From Eledone cirrhosa (Eukaryota): a stretch of DNA of 64,000 nt. Positions 26,194-38,799 of the stretch are shown here, piece after piece. Positions within the stretch are counted from its first letter, which is position 1. Every line of letters starts with the position of its first letter. The translations under genes and the position numbers were made by a program. The notes under the pieces were generated by a model that saw only the letters and a list, made by a program, of their open reading frames with translations, searched no databases and had not been told where the DNA came from. The stretch is from NCBI GenBank assembly GCA_964016885.1, contig OZ024743.1:308264001-308328000 (forward strand), read 5' to 3'.

Positions 26194-29100
26194 TCATCAT
26201 CATCATCATCAACGTTTAACGTCCGTGTTCCACGCTTGCATGGGTTTGGACGGGGGTAGTCCCACTTGAGGCAAGAGTGATTGTCTTGCTCGCATAGGAC
26301 TGTCTGGCAGGTTTTCTACAGTTGGATGCCCTTCCTAACACCAACCACATTTACAGTGTGGGTCTGGGAGGTTTTTACCGTGTTGCCTACACGGCCACAT
26401 TACAGCGTGGACTGTGTGTTTTTTTGTCGTGACACCTACACGATCTCATTTGTTTCGGCCTCGATGGCGCGGCACCAACATAACTTTACATAGAACGGGG
26501 TGGTGTGGATGGGGTGGGGGTGGGGGTGGTGGGACGGGGTGTATTTTGTTAGAGATGCCTACTGGCTGGAGTAGGTTTTACTATATATTTAGGTAAGGCG
26601 GGTCTTCTCTGTTACTGAGTACCGCCAAAGGTCTCGGTCCAGTGACATTGTCTTGGAGAGGTGTAAGTGTGTGATGTCGGAGTTTATCAGCTCGTCCCAG
26701 GTTTTTCTAGGTCTGCCTATTCCGTGACTACCGTCTATCTTTATTGCCCTGCACTTTGTTATACAGCTATCGACTTTCATGCGCATCACGTGTCCATACC
26801 AACGTAGCCTTCTCTCGAGTAAACAACATCTGATCCCTCTTATCTCTAATTTTTTCCTTAGTTCGTTTATGCTTTGCCGTTCACGTATATTACTGTTACA
26901 CATCCAGCGGAGCATGCAAGCTTCGTTCCTCTCTAGTCTGCGTATATCCTCTGCACACAATGCCCAGGTCTCACTGCCATGCAGCATTGCTGTTCGTATG
27001 CAGGCATCGTACAACCTGCCTTTCATTTTTAGTGAGAACCCTTTAGCAGCTAATAGTGGTATAAGCTCTCTGAACTTTTTCCAACCAGTTCTGACTCTAG
27101 CTACAGTACTTTCAGAGCACCCTCCCCCACTGCTGATTTTATCGCCCAGGTAACGGAAGCTGTCCACTATTTCTATAGAACCCTCTGCGCAATTGAAAGA
27201 GCTAGTAGTTTGTGGGCACTTGCTGCTACTTATTGCACCAGAGCACCGGCCACATGTAAAATCTATGTTCTTAGTTAGCTTACCTGTGATCCCACTACAT
27301 CTTTTATGCACCCATACTTTGCATTTAGGACATAAAATGGAGTTTCTACCTACGCCTTTCCTACACACCGAGCACGACCATTTCCCAGAAGGGACCGCCG
27401 CCTTGTTTTCTTTCCTACAAACTAGTACTTTGGTCTTAGCCAGGTTAATTTTAAGTCCTTTTGACTCTAGGCCGTGCTTCCATGTTTGGAATTTCTTCTC
27501 TAGCTCGGCCATTGATTCCGCTATGAGTGTCAGGTCGTCTGCGTATAGGAGTTCCCATGGGCAGCCTGTCTTGAACTCCTCTGTTATAGCCTGAAGGGCA
27601 ATAATAAATAGTAGTGGGCTGAGAACAGAGCCCTGATGGACGCCAACTTTTACGCTAAACTCTTCACTATATTCGTTGTTAATTCTAACCTTGCTGACTG
27701 TTTCTTTATACATGGCTTGTATAGCCCTCACAAGCCATTCGTCAACGCCTAGTTTTCTAAGAGCCCACCAGATAATGGAGCGGGGGACTCTGTCGAAGGC
27801 TTTCTCCAAGTCGACAAAAGCTAAGTAGAGGGGTTTACCTTTAGCTAGGTACTTCTCCTGTAGTTGTCGTACTATGAAAAGAGCGTCTGTGGTACTTTTG
27901 CCTGACACAAACCCGAACTGCATTTCATCTAGGTCAATTCTCTCTCTGATTAGTTGCGCTATTACTTTTTCCGTGACCTTCATGACCTGGTCGATTAATT
28001 TAATGCCTCTATAGTTACTCCTATCTAGGGCGTCTCCTTTACCCTTATAACAGTTAACGATGATGCTGCTATGCCAGTCCTTCGGAACAACCCCATTCTG
28101 TACGACTTGGTTAACTATGCGGGTGACCATGGTGTGTCCCACCGTGCCAGATGCCTTCAGCATCTCAGCAACTATTTCCGAAGGCCCAGCCGCCTTACCC
28201 GTCTTCATATCCTTGATTGCCTTACTTATTATACTCCCCTCGACTAACACTGCTGGTCCCTCTATTGGGTCGATATGGGGGAGACTGCCTTTCTCCCAAT
28301 TATTCTCCTCATTTAGTAGCCTTTCATAGTGACACTTCCAAGCTACCTTCTTATCAGCGTCGGTGATGGCAAGTGTGCCATCGTCGTTTAGTACACACTT
28401 CTCCCCGACAATATCACGGTTTTCCTTGACGCATTGCCTAGCAATCCTGAACACCTCACGTTTTTGGTCATCGCGTTGTAGAACATGCTTGAACTTTCTT
28501 TCCTCAGCTTCCCTTCTTGCTAAGTACACTTGTCTCCTAGCTTCCCTCCTGGCCACTTGATAGTCCTCTCTACTTCCCCCATCCCGCCATACTTTCCAAG
28601 CCTGCTTTTTGGCCTTAATTGACCCCTCCACCTTACTGTTCCACCACCATGTTACTCTCCTCCTGCCTACAGGCCTGCTCCAGCCACAGACTTCGTCTGT
28701 CGCCAACAGCAGGTTTGCTTTCAGAAATTCCCACTCTCCCTCTATATTGTCCGACTCTAAATGTTCTTCCTTACTGTCGAAAGCATCAAGTAATATGCTT
28801 TGAAATTTATTCCTGGCTGTGGGGTCCTTTAGCTTCCATATTTTCCTCCTGAGGATAGTCCTCTTCTGATGTCGAGTACGTCTCGTCCTGACTATGAGGT
28901 CGCTAATTATCAGTCTATGTTGGGAGGTGCATTCTTCATGGGGGAGGGATTTAGTGTTTACAACAGACACTCTGTCACGTCTTCTGGTAAGGATATAATC
29001 TACCTGGCTTGTGTGTTCCCCGGATCTATAGGTGATCAGGTGATTGTCACGTTTTTTGAAGTTAGTGTTACAGATAGTTAGGTTATTTGCATCACAGAAT

Positions 29101-29773
29101 TCCAGGATTCTGGAGCCTTCCTCATTTCTAGTACCAAACCCATAGCCTCCATGGATTTCGTCGTAGCCGTCACAATGTTGTCCAACGTGACCATTTAGGT
29201 CGCCTGCGATAATTATATAGTCACTGTCGGATATTTGGGCGGTAGTTAGCATCAGTGTCTCATAGAATCTGTCTTTTATAGTGCCGGGCAGTCCGGATTG
29301 GGGTGCGTACGCAGATATTACTGTCACCGTAGTTCTATTGAGGACAAGTCGTATTTTAATTATTCTGTCGTTCACTCTATTTACGTCTATTATCTTATCT
29401 GCCCACTTTTCTGCTACCATGATTCCTACTCCACCCAGCCCATCGTCGTTTCCCACCCAGAAAAGCTTATAACATCGTTTTTTACCCTCAATGAACCTAG
29501 CAGACCCACCCCTCCACCTGGTCTCTTGAATACAACAAACATCGACCTCCTTACGTTCAAGCATTTCTACAACCTCGTTAGCGCGACCCTTTAGGGTGCC
29601 TACATTTATGGTACCAACTCTGAAGTTTTGGATTGCGTTTGGGGGTTGGGGGCGGTGGGGGGCGGGGGGCGATGGGGTTATGTTAGCCGTCCGCGGTCGA
29701 AACAATGAGGAGTGCTCGCATTCTCGTCCAAGAGGTGAATTTGTCTTTATCTTTGGCATTGTCGCTGAGCGTC
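26194..29773 (-). mobile_element. Full-length or near-full-length RTE-clade LINE
   Basis: Single uninterrupted ORF, ~390-nt 3'UTR and (GAT)n tail. Possible low-complexity TSD TCATATAT at 26187 and 29772. Confidence 0.96.
26589..29759 (-). CDS. RTE LINE polyprotein: APE endonuclease, reverse transcriptase and PHD-type finger (1056 aa)
   Basis: APE motifs GTINVGTL, IQETRW, AYAPQ, GDLNGH, VDYIL and SQHRL. RT motifs NYRGIKL, QFGF, FVDLEKAFDRV, GVHQGSVLSP, YADD and FRYLG. C4HC3 cluster CSVC...CPKC..WVHKRC...CGRC. Confidence 0.97.
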   Translation of the reverse strand: MPKIKTNSPLGRECEHSSLFRPRTANITPSPPAPHRPQPPNAIQNFRVGTINVGTLKGRANEVVEMLERKEVDVCCIQETRWRGGSARFIEGKKRCYKLFWVGNDDGLGGVGIMVAEKWADKIIDVNRVNDRIIKIRLVLNRTTVTVISAYAPQSGLPGTIKDRFYETLMLTTAQISDSDYIIIAGDLNGHVGQHCDGYDEIHGGYGFGTRNEEGSRILEFCDANNLTICNTNFKKRDNHLITYRSGEHTSQVDYILTRRRDRVSVVNTKSLPHEECTSQHRLIISDLIVRTRRTRHQKRTILRRKIWKLKDPTARNKFQSILLDAFDSKEEHLESDNIEGEWEFLKANLLLATDEVCGWSRPVGRRRVTWWWNSKVEGSIKAKKQAWKVWRDGGSREDYQVARREARRQVYLARREAEERKFKHVLQRDDQKREVFRIARQCVKENRDIVGEKCVLNDDGTLAITDADKKVAWKCHYERLLNEENNWEKGSLPHIDPIEGPAVLVEGSIISKAIKDMKTGKAAGPSEIVAEMLKASGTVGHTMVTRIVNQVVQNGVVPKDWHSSIIVNCYKGKGDALDRSNYRGIKLIDQVMKVTEKVIAQLIRERIDLDEMQFGFVSGKSTTDALFIVRQLQEKYLAKGKPLYLAFVDLEKAFDRVPRSIIWWALRKLGVDEWLVRAIQAMYKETVSKVRINNEYSEEFSVKVGVHQGSVLSPLLFIIALQAITEEFKTGCPWELLYADDLTLIAESMAELEKKFQTWKHGLESKGLKINLAKTKVLVCRKENKAAVPSGKWSCSVCRKGVGRNSILCPKCKVWVHKRCSGITGKLTKNIDFTCGRCSGAISSSKCPQTTSSFNCAEGSIEIVDSFRYLGDKISSGGGCSESTVARVRTGWKKFRELIPLLAAKGFSLKMKGRLYDACIRTAMLHGSETWALCAEDIRRLERNEACMLRWMCNSNIRERQSINELRKKLEIRGIRCCLLERRLRWYGHVMRMKVDSCITKCRAIKIDGSHGIGRPRKTWDELINSDITHLHLSKTMSLDRDLWRYSVTEKTRLT

Positions 29774-29836
29774 ATATATATATATATATATAGTAATAAT
29801 AATAATAATAAAAGGGATGATTTGTTATATCTTCAT

Positions 29837-31581
29837 CATCATCATCATCATCATCATCGGGTTTAGCGTCCGTGTTCCACGCTTGCATGGGTTTGGACGG
29901 GGGTTTTCCCACTTGAGGCAAGAGTGGTTGTCTTGCTCGCATAGGACTGTCTGGCGGGTTTTCTACAGCTGGATGCCCTTCCTAACACCAACCACATTTA
30001 CAGTGTGGGGCTGGGAGGTTTTTACCGTGTTGCCTACACGGCCACATTACAGCGTGGACTGTCTGGCGGGTTTTCTACAGCTGGATGCCCTTCCTAACAC
30101 CAACCACATTTACAGTGTGGGGCTGGGAGGTTTTTACCGTGTTGCCTACACGGCCACATTTACAGCGTGGACTGTGTGTTTTTTTGTCGTGACACCTACA
30201 CGATCTCATTTGTTTCGGCCTGGATGTTGTGGGACCAACATAACTTTACATTGAAAGGGGCGGTGTGGATGGGGTGGAGGTGGTGGGACGGGGGTGTGTT
30301 TTGATAGAGATGCCTACTGACTGTAGTAGGTTTTTACTTTGTATTTAGGTAAGGCGGGTCTTCTCTATTACTGAGTACCGCCAAAGGTCTCGGTCCAGTG
30401 ACATTGTCTTGGAGAGGTGTAAGCGTGTGAGGTCGGAATTTATCATGTCGTCCCAGGTTTTTCTGGGTCTGCCTACTCCGTGGCTACCGTCTATCTTTAT
30501 TGCCCTGCACTTTGTTATACAGCTGTCGTCTTTCATGCGCATCACGTGACCGTACCAACGTAGCCTTCTCTCGACTAAACAACATCTGATCCCTCTTATT
30601 TCTAATTTTTTCCTTAGTTCGTTTATGCTTTGCCGTTCACGTATATTACTATTGCACATCCAGCGGAGCATGCAAGCTTCGTTCCTCTCTAGTCTGCGTA
30701 TATCCAATGCACACAATGCCCAGGTCTCACTGCCATGCAGCATTGCTGTTCGTATGCAGGCATCGTATAACCTGCCTTTCATTTTTAGGGAGAACCCTCT
30801 AGCGGCTAATAGTGGTATAAGCTCTCTGAACTTTTTCCATCCAGTTCTGACTCTAGCTACTGTACTTTCAGAGCACCCTCCCCCACTGCTGATTTTGTCA
30901 CCCAGGTAACGGAAGCTGTCCACTATTTCTATAGAACCCTCTGCGCAGTTGAAGGAGCTAGTATTTTGTGGGCACTTGCTGCTACTTATTGCACCGGAGC
31001 ACCGGCCACATGTAAAATCTATGTTCTTAGTTAGCTTACCTGTGATCCCACTACATCTTTTATGCACCCATACTTTGCATTTGGGACATAAAATGGAGTT
31101 TCTACCTACGCCTTTCCTACACACTGAGCATGGCCATTTCCCAGAAGGGACCGCCGCCTTATTTTCTTTCCTACAAACTAGTACTTTAGTCTTAGCCAGG
31201 TTAATTTTAAGGCCTTTTGATTCTAGGACGTGCTTCCATGTTTGGAATTTCTTCTCTAGTTCAGTCATTGATTCAGCTATGAGCGTTAGATCATCTGCGT
31301 ATAGGAGTTCCCATGGGCAGCCGGTCTTGAACTCCTCTGTTATAGCCTGAAGGGCAATAATAAATAGTAGGGGGCTAAGAACAGAGCCCTGATGGACACC
31401 AACTTTTACGCTAAACTCTTCACTATATTCGTTGTTAATTCTAACCTTACTGACTGTTTCTTTATACATGGCTTGTATAGCTCTCACAAGCCATTCGTCA
31501 ACACCTAGTTTTCTAAGAGACCACCAGATAATGGAACGGGGGACTCTGTCGAAAGCTTTCTCCAAGTCGACGAAAGCTAAG
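29837..31581 (-). mobile_element. 5'-truncated RTE copy 2
   Basis: Open RT/C-terminal frame nearly identical to copy 1. TSD TATCTTCAT at 29828-29836 and 31582-31590. 112-bp tandem duplication in the 3'UTR. Confidence 0.96.
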
Positions 31582-32289
31582 TATCTTCATTACGTTTAAT
31601 GAGTAGTGACGCATGTTTCTCTATTGATTATCTCAAGGTTCGATCTGTATATACATATATATGTGTGTGTGTGTGTGTTTGAACAATAAAAACTGAAGTC
31701 AGGTGTAGGTAGAGAGTTAGTTCATTGTTTTACAGTCGTTTCAGAGGGCCAATTGATCGATGGAGATCGATGTATCGACTAGCATGGTAGTGGTTAAGTT
31801 ACTACCTATTTCTAGTCCTGAAAACCCTGTTCAATCAGCCGTCCTCTTCAGAAACACACATACACATACATACACACACATACACATATATATGTATGTG
31901 TATGAGTATATATATACACACACACATATACAACAACTACAGACATATCTCCATCTACACAGATATATACTCATATACAGGTATACTCATTGATATTTAG
32001 GCTTTAGGATGAGTTTAAGAGATTAGAAGTAATCTAAATTATATTATAAATTATGCAAGTAAATTATTCTATTATAGAGAGAGTTGAATATTTGAAAATA
32101 ATTACAGGATTGATATATAAATACTTATATTGTCTAGAAATACCTAATATAGTATTTTAAAAAATGAAGATAAAGTGAAATAAACACACTTAGGTTGGGA
32201 AAGTGGTGAAATCTCATTCTTAATATAGATACTTGTCTAACGAACCAGTAGAAACTAAATAAATAGATTAGGTTGGGTCATATATTCTA

Positions 32290-33030
32290 TTAAAAAAGTT
32301 TATGCTAAGCAATGTGGACATGTTATTATGAGTTCATTTCTGTGATTCAAGAGCCTACATGGTGACAGTGATCTCATGTACCTCCGAAATACAAAGGACA
32401 CAAGACTTTTCACCTCCATCATAAGCCATCACAGAATTTATAATAGACCATTGTAGATTATAGGAGGTTTTAGATTTATTTAACAAAGAAACAGCTGTGG
32501 GGCTGTTTAGACTCTCTTTTTTAAAAGAATGTAAGTGGGAATTGTAACGAGTTTTAAAAGAGTTGGTGGTAGTGCCTATATAGAAGTTAGTCAAATTAGG
32601 GATATATACAGTTCATTTATACACTATATCTTTTTTAAGGCAATGGCTATTTAAAGTAAAACTATCAGGAATTCTACAGTTACATTCAGAATAAGATTTG
32701 GTATTATTGACAGATGTGAGGTTAGGTATGTTATTATGTGGTATGTAGTTAGTTTAAATTTCTATTTGCCCACTTTATTACTACTATTTAAGTTAGTGTT
32801 TTTAGTGTGGATAGACTGGTTTTATTTAGAGATGTTACAGTGGTTACTAAAGGCTATATAGTCAGCTAAATTAGGTGATGTAGAGAATGATATTTTAATA
32901 GTGTTTGATGATTAAGGTATGGTACCTATGTTCGGGTGGAAAGTTTCTTTCTAAGATGTCAAAAAATAACTTAGTGATATTTGAGGCCACATTTATTCCA
33001 AACGGATGATTGAACCACATTGTTTTGTGC
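32290..33030 (-). pseudogene. Decayed Penelope-like element: RT thumb, Cys-rich linker and C-terminal GIY-YIG (Hydra-clade-like)
   Basis: WFNHPFG, ECNCRIP...HCLKKDIVYK, FYIGTTTNSFKTRYNSH, CVLCISE and LLNHRNELIITCPH, with stops and frameshifts. Clade assignment is from memory of motif patterns. Confidence 0.8.
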
Positions 33031-33181
33031 CAGCAATTTTTATGTTTATTATATGGCTTATTATCAGCATAATGTAGAGGTTTAGAGCAATTGGATATTT
33101 GGTTTTCAGTTATGTATATTAATTTTATCTATTGGTTGGGATTTGTTAGTCACTACAGTGAGGTATTATAAAATTGTTTAA

Positions 33182-33625
33182 CCCTTTCATGACTGCATTT
33201 GTAATGAAATACACTCTATTTTAATTAATTAATGAATAATTTTGAGGGATTTACTAAAATTATTATTTCATTACTAAGATAGTAACTTAACCCTTTAGTA
33301 TTCACATTACTCTATATATATACTATTATATTTTCATGGTAAAGGTTTTATCTGACATAATTATCTCACATAATTTTGAATCTATGAGATTTTGAAATTA
33401 TTTATTTTGAGAACAATACCTTAACATCAGTTTGAATGACCTGTTACAGCCAGTTTCAACAGAAAAAAGTAGAGAATTCTGGCTGGTTTGAACATTAAAG
33501 GGTTAATGTAAGATTCTTATATAAAATTATGATGGAAGATTTCAATTTAAATTGGAAACCTTTAAAATGAGTGATTTTATTTCATAGAACCAGAGCCGGT
33601 TTCGGCCAGATTGGTAACTAAAGGG
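33182..33625 (+). mobile_element. piggyBac-like TTAA MITE containing a nested second TTAA MITE (33291-33502)
   Basis: TTAA|CCCTTT...AAAGGG|TTAA at both levels. Removing the inner element restores the sequence of the uninterrupted copies at ~35165-35396 (+) and ~40660-40868 (-). The inner family also occurs at ~38130-38341. Confidence 0.82.
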
Positions 33626-34464
33626 TTAACATAATTAGTTTATGAATGTATAAAAGATTGAGGATAAGAAAGCAGGCCATTATCTCTTTTAATTTTCCTA
33701 TTGTTAACATTATTTGGTTCTGAATGTACAAAAGACTGGGGTTAAAGAAGCCAACTGTTATCCCTTATTTTCCCTAGACTTAATATTAATAGGTTCTGAA
33801 TGTACAAAAGACTGAGGGTAAGGAAGCAGACCATTATCTCCTTTAATTTTCCTCGGACACATCAGGTCGGTGCTTATCCCGGTTTCCATGGCATGAAGTG
33901 ACAGGACACCAATCTATCGCAGGGTTATACCCCAGCTATTGCTAGTACTCATTTTCAGCCGTGTATACTGGAGCAATGTGAAATGAAGTGTTTTGCTCAA
34001 GAACACAACACACAACCCAGTACAGGAATCAAACCCGCAACATTATGATTGTATCTCACATAATCTCAAGTCTACAAGATTTTGATGATGTTAATGTTTA
34101 TTTTAAGAACGATATCTTAACATTGGTGTGAGCTGCTGGTGTAAATGCTAAAGGATTAAGTAAACTGTGATGCTAAGGCCATAATTTTTAAAGAATTTAT
34201 TTAAATGTTTTTCATGTTTTCTTAGCTATGCGGGTTAAAATTCTTAAGAATGAAAAGAACATTGTCTTTATATATATATATAGTCTACCTTATTTGGCTG
34301 GAATTTCGTTGTTGAGTTTATGTAATAAGAATACACCAACTAGATAAGTAATTATTTGGTTTTTTTAAAATATATAATTAAAAAAATATATAGGAAAAAA
34401 TATATATATATGTATGCACACACATATATATATATATATGCACATATATATATATGCACACACA

Positions 34465-34537
<73 letters not shown>

Positions 34538-36831
34538 ATATGTATAAATTTACAAATAGCTGTGTTGGTAGCTATTTGATACAACCTTATAGTTACTTGT
34601 GTTGTATACACACACACACACACACATATATAATGCAACATTTTTTATATTTGTTTTTTTATTAATCACACCCAATCTCCTCCCTAAAATAAAAGAAGAG
34701 GAGAAAAAGAAAAAACATTTAAAAATAAACCTTACTGTTTGAGTTTGTTATTGTTATTTTCATGTTGGAATCCTAATTTGCTTTAAATATGTTCTGTTAT
34801 ATTTATTATTTCTGTTGCTGCAACCACCACTAAATTTGCATGGATTCACTGAGTATTTCCTTAGAAATTATTATTGTTGTTTCTATCTTTCACTGCTTCA
34901 CTATTCCAATGTTCCTCTGTCTATTAAATGTTACCACATTTGTACACCATTATTTCTCAATGTCTGTTTTTTTGTTGGTTTATTTCATTTCTATTTTATT
35001 ACATTCTGTAAGGATTTTGTAGAAATTGTGTAAAAATAGGTTTGTTAATTGAAATGTTTATAGTATCTTTACTAGTAGAGAGATTGTTGTGAACATTTTC
35101 AGTATTAGTTCTTAATATCTAGTAATAATTGAGCTGAAAAATATATAAAAATGGCTTTGTTAATTTAACCCTTTCACCACCACATTTCTAATGAAATACA
35201 CTCTATTTTAATTAATTAATGAAGACTTTGGGGGGATTTACCAAAATTATTAATTACTAAGTCTGTAACTTAATATAAGGTTCTTATATAAAATTATGTT
35301 GGAAAATTTTTATTTAAATTGGAAACCTTTAAAATGAGGGGTTTTATTTCATATGAGCAGAGCCAGTTTTGGCTGGGTTGGTAACTAAAAGGTTAAGTAT
35401 CTAGTCCACCCTGTTAGATGATTGTTTTGTTGCCACGATAAAAAGCACCCAGTCCACATTGTAATGTGGTTGGCACAAGGAAAGGCATCTCGCTGTAGAA
35501 ACCAAGCCAAAATACAGATCTGTATAAGCAAGAGGTGTTCTCCTGACCTGACTTCTTTCATAACATGACAACCTGTCTAACCCATGCAAATGTGGAAAAA
35601 ATAGACATTAAATGATGATGATGATGATTATAGTATCTTTACTAGTAGATATATTGTTGTGAAAATTTGCTGTATCAACTCTTAACATCCTGTAATGATT
35701 TAGTAGTAAATATATAAAAATGATTTTGTTAATTCAAATGTTTATAGTATCTACTTGTGGACAGATCTTTGTGAAAAATTGCAATATTTTAGCAAATTTT
35801 TAATGTTATGCAGTTATTTTACTTTTCAAAAACGTTTTTCTAACCTTGTGAGTTCATGCGATACAGGAAGTTAAAAGTTATAAAACTCAGGATGAAAAGA
35901 AACTGCAAACTTTCTAAATTTTTCTCTCACTTTGAAAAGTTATTTTTTAAACCTTTTCTGTCCCATATTTTTATGGAAAGACACTACCTGTGGTTTTCAA
36001 ATAATTTTCAAAACAGTCAAGAATTTGGAGGGATTTAGTAAATGTAATTAACTATCTCATTATTAAGGAAGTGTGTTGAGGGCAGTGGATTCGCAATATC
36101 GGTAGAGCATCAGACAACATCCTTTGCAGCATAGAGTTATGGCCTTTACGTTCTGAGTTTAAATCCTGTTGAGGTTAGCTTTGCCTTTCATCCTTACGGG
36201 GTCAATAAAATAAAGTACCAGTAATACACTGGAGTTGATTTAATTGACTTTCTCCTAGCTCCAACTTGGTTGGCCTTGTGCCTAAATCAGAAACTATTAT
36301 GAATGTGGTGTTTGGAACATAAATTCTTCCATAAAATTATGGGTGAAGGGTTTTTGATAAATATAATGTTTTGTAATGTAGAACAAGAGGTTAACATTCT
36401 AACAGGTAAATAATTTTACCTTAAGTTCTTGTGCATTTGTTCTTAAATTAGCAAAATTTCGAAAATTCTTGATTCTAACAGTTAAAGCTAAATATAAATT
36501 TTGAGCTGTTATATTTTGGTATATACTAGAAGAAACCATTTGTAAGAGATATTTTGTAAATGGTAAATATTTTTATATAATATATGTTTATATGCATTAT
36601 AAACATTTGTATTAATCATAAATGTTTATATCTGTCAAATATTTATATTTGTATATTATATACCACAAATATTTATATCTTGTCATAAATATTTGTATAT
36701 ATATTATATAGTTTTATATATATTATAAATATTTTTACACTCATTTGTTAATGAGTTGTATGTTATAATTTTATTGCTGTATATATAAATTTGGAGAAAA
36801 TCTCAAATATATTCATGTTTCTATTTTTCAG

Positions 36832-36873
36832 ATACTAGAAGAATAAATCAAGGTCTACATAATCTTGGAAACA
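36832..36873 (+). CDS. Candidate 42-nt phase 1-1 coding exon of the membrane-protein gene
   Basis: Acceptor TTTCTATTTTTCAG and donor GTAAGT. Reads xTRRINQGLHNLGN and splices in frame to 42640. Confidence 0.55.
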
Positions 36874-38799
36874 GTAAGTAGAAATTTAAAAGAAAAATGT
36901 TTCAAATGTTTATAGAAATTTGGGAATATTTTCTTTTTTCTTTAAGCCATTTTTTATTTAGCTTAGACTGCAGCCTCATCCTTTTCATTACCATATTTCA
37001 ATGACTTCCACTGGAATGAGAGTTGTCTACTGTTTTTTTTTAGATAGTAATCCATTTGGTATAAAACAACCTGGAACTACCCCTGGTTCTGTGATACAAC
37101 ACTGCTTGTTTTAAAATGTTTAGATTTACCTAAAAAAATTTCTTTCATAATTTTATGTAAAAACTTTGTTCCAAACATCAGTTTAAGCCTGATGATAACA
37201 TGGTTTATTTTATGAGACAGAACTGTTTGTTTTGAAGTATTTATATTTAACTAAAAATCTTTTGTCATAAATTTGTGTAATAACCTTTGTTAAGTTATGT
37301 TCCAAATGCCAATTTAATAACAAGAAAGTTAGTTATATTACTAAATCTTTCTTGATTATTTTCAAATTTAGTTGAAAAACATAGGCCATATCTTTCTTTC
37401 ATTAGGAATATGGTATTGAAATGAGGTAAACATCTTTCTCAGTAGAACTTTTCCAATAAACAGAACTGAGTTCAGTGCAACAAGTTTTTAGATGAATGTA
37501 AGCACTTTAAAGTAATCTGTTTCTAACAGAACTGGGGAGGGGGGGGGGGATCTCAGGCTTACTCTCAAGCGTATGTTTTTTAAGGGGAGCAAAAATATGC
37601 ATTGGTTCATGGTGTTGTATTGGCGTTTTGTCTTCCAAAACCACTAGTGACCCGGTCACCTGTAATGAACATGTAAGCTGACTTTAAACCTTTCATTACC
37701 ACATTTCTGATAAGAAATACTCCAAGTGTTTTCAAATTCTCTTTGAAAATAATTGTTTCTGATTTAAGCACAAGGCCAACAATTTCAAGGGGAAGGGAAA
37801 GTCAATTAAATCGACCCAGTACATTACTGGTGCTTTATTTTATTGACTCCGCAAAGATGTTACTGATACTTTATTTTATCGACCCCATAAGGATGAAAGG
37901 TAACGCTAACCTCGGTGAGATTTAAACTCAGAACATAAAGGGTTGTAACATTATGCCGCAAGTATGGTGTCTGATGCTCTACTGACATTACCAACCCACC
38001 TTTCATCATTTAACGTCCATCTTCCACGCTAGCATGGGTAGGATGTACAATATATTTGAGATATACTAACCATCAATTCTATTCCTTGTAACATGTGTCA
38101 CTAATTATATAAATTTATAATTTACTTTATTTAACCCTTTAGCATTTACATTACTCTATTTTATTCTATTGTATTTTCGTGGTATAATATCGAATCTATG
38201 AGATTTTGGTATTATCTATTTTGAGAACAATACCTTAACATCAGTATGAGTGGCAAGTTTGAGCAGAAAGAGGTGAGAGAATTCTGGCCAAATATGGCCA
38301 GTTTAAATGCTAAAGGGTTAAATAACATTTACTGGAGAATTATATTTGATTTATACAGGTATTGAAACATTTATGTGGCAGTCTTGGGACCCAAGGTAGC
38401 CTGTATTTCCATATTTGTAGATGCAGACTAAATATATATAACAATACAACTACAAGTGTTTTAAAGTCACCTGGCAGTGTCTTTCATTAAAAATATGGTC
38501 ACAAAATACTTAAACCTTCCATCATAATTTTATGTAAGAACCTTTGTTATGTTCTAAACACCAGCTTCATAATGAGAAATGTAGTTATATTACTTAATTC
38601 CTTCAAATTCTTGATTATTTTCAAAATGATTTGAAAATCATAAATAGTATCTTTCATTAGAAAGATGGTCGCAGAAGGGTTAACTTGATAATAATAATTT
38701 ATTACAGTCACAGAGCTGTTGTGTTTTTTTTTTTGTTTTTTTTTAATGCTATGATTCAGTATTTGTACTTTTTAGAAAATGAGAGAAATCTTTTAAAAG

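Noticed and set aside
26779-29594. Plus-strand ORFs of 60-130 aa repeated in three places
   Set aside because: Antisense shadows of the RTE ORF copies.
32605-32630. In-frame TGA in DIVYK*TV of the PLE remnant, suggesting selenocysteine as reported for Naiad PLEs
   Set aside because: The copy has other stops and frameshifts, its domain order is C-terminal EN (not Naiad), and no convincing SECIS follows.
34815-35033. Hydrophobic ORFs as a possible signal-peptide exon of the membrane-protein gene
   Set aside because: The ATG-bearing frame meets the GTAAGG donor in phase 0, which is incompatible with the phase-1 downstream exons. T-rich DNA gives hydrophobic peptides by chance.
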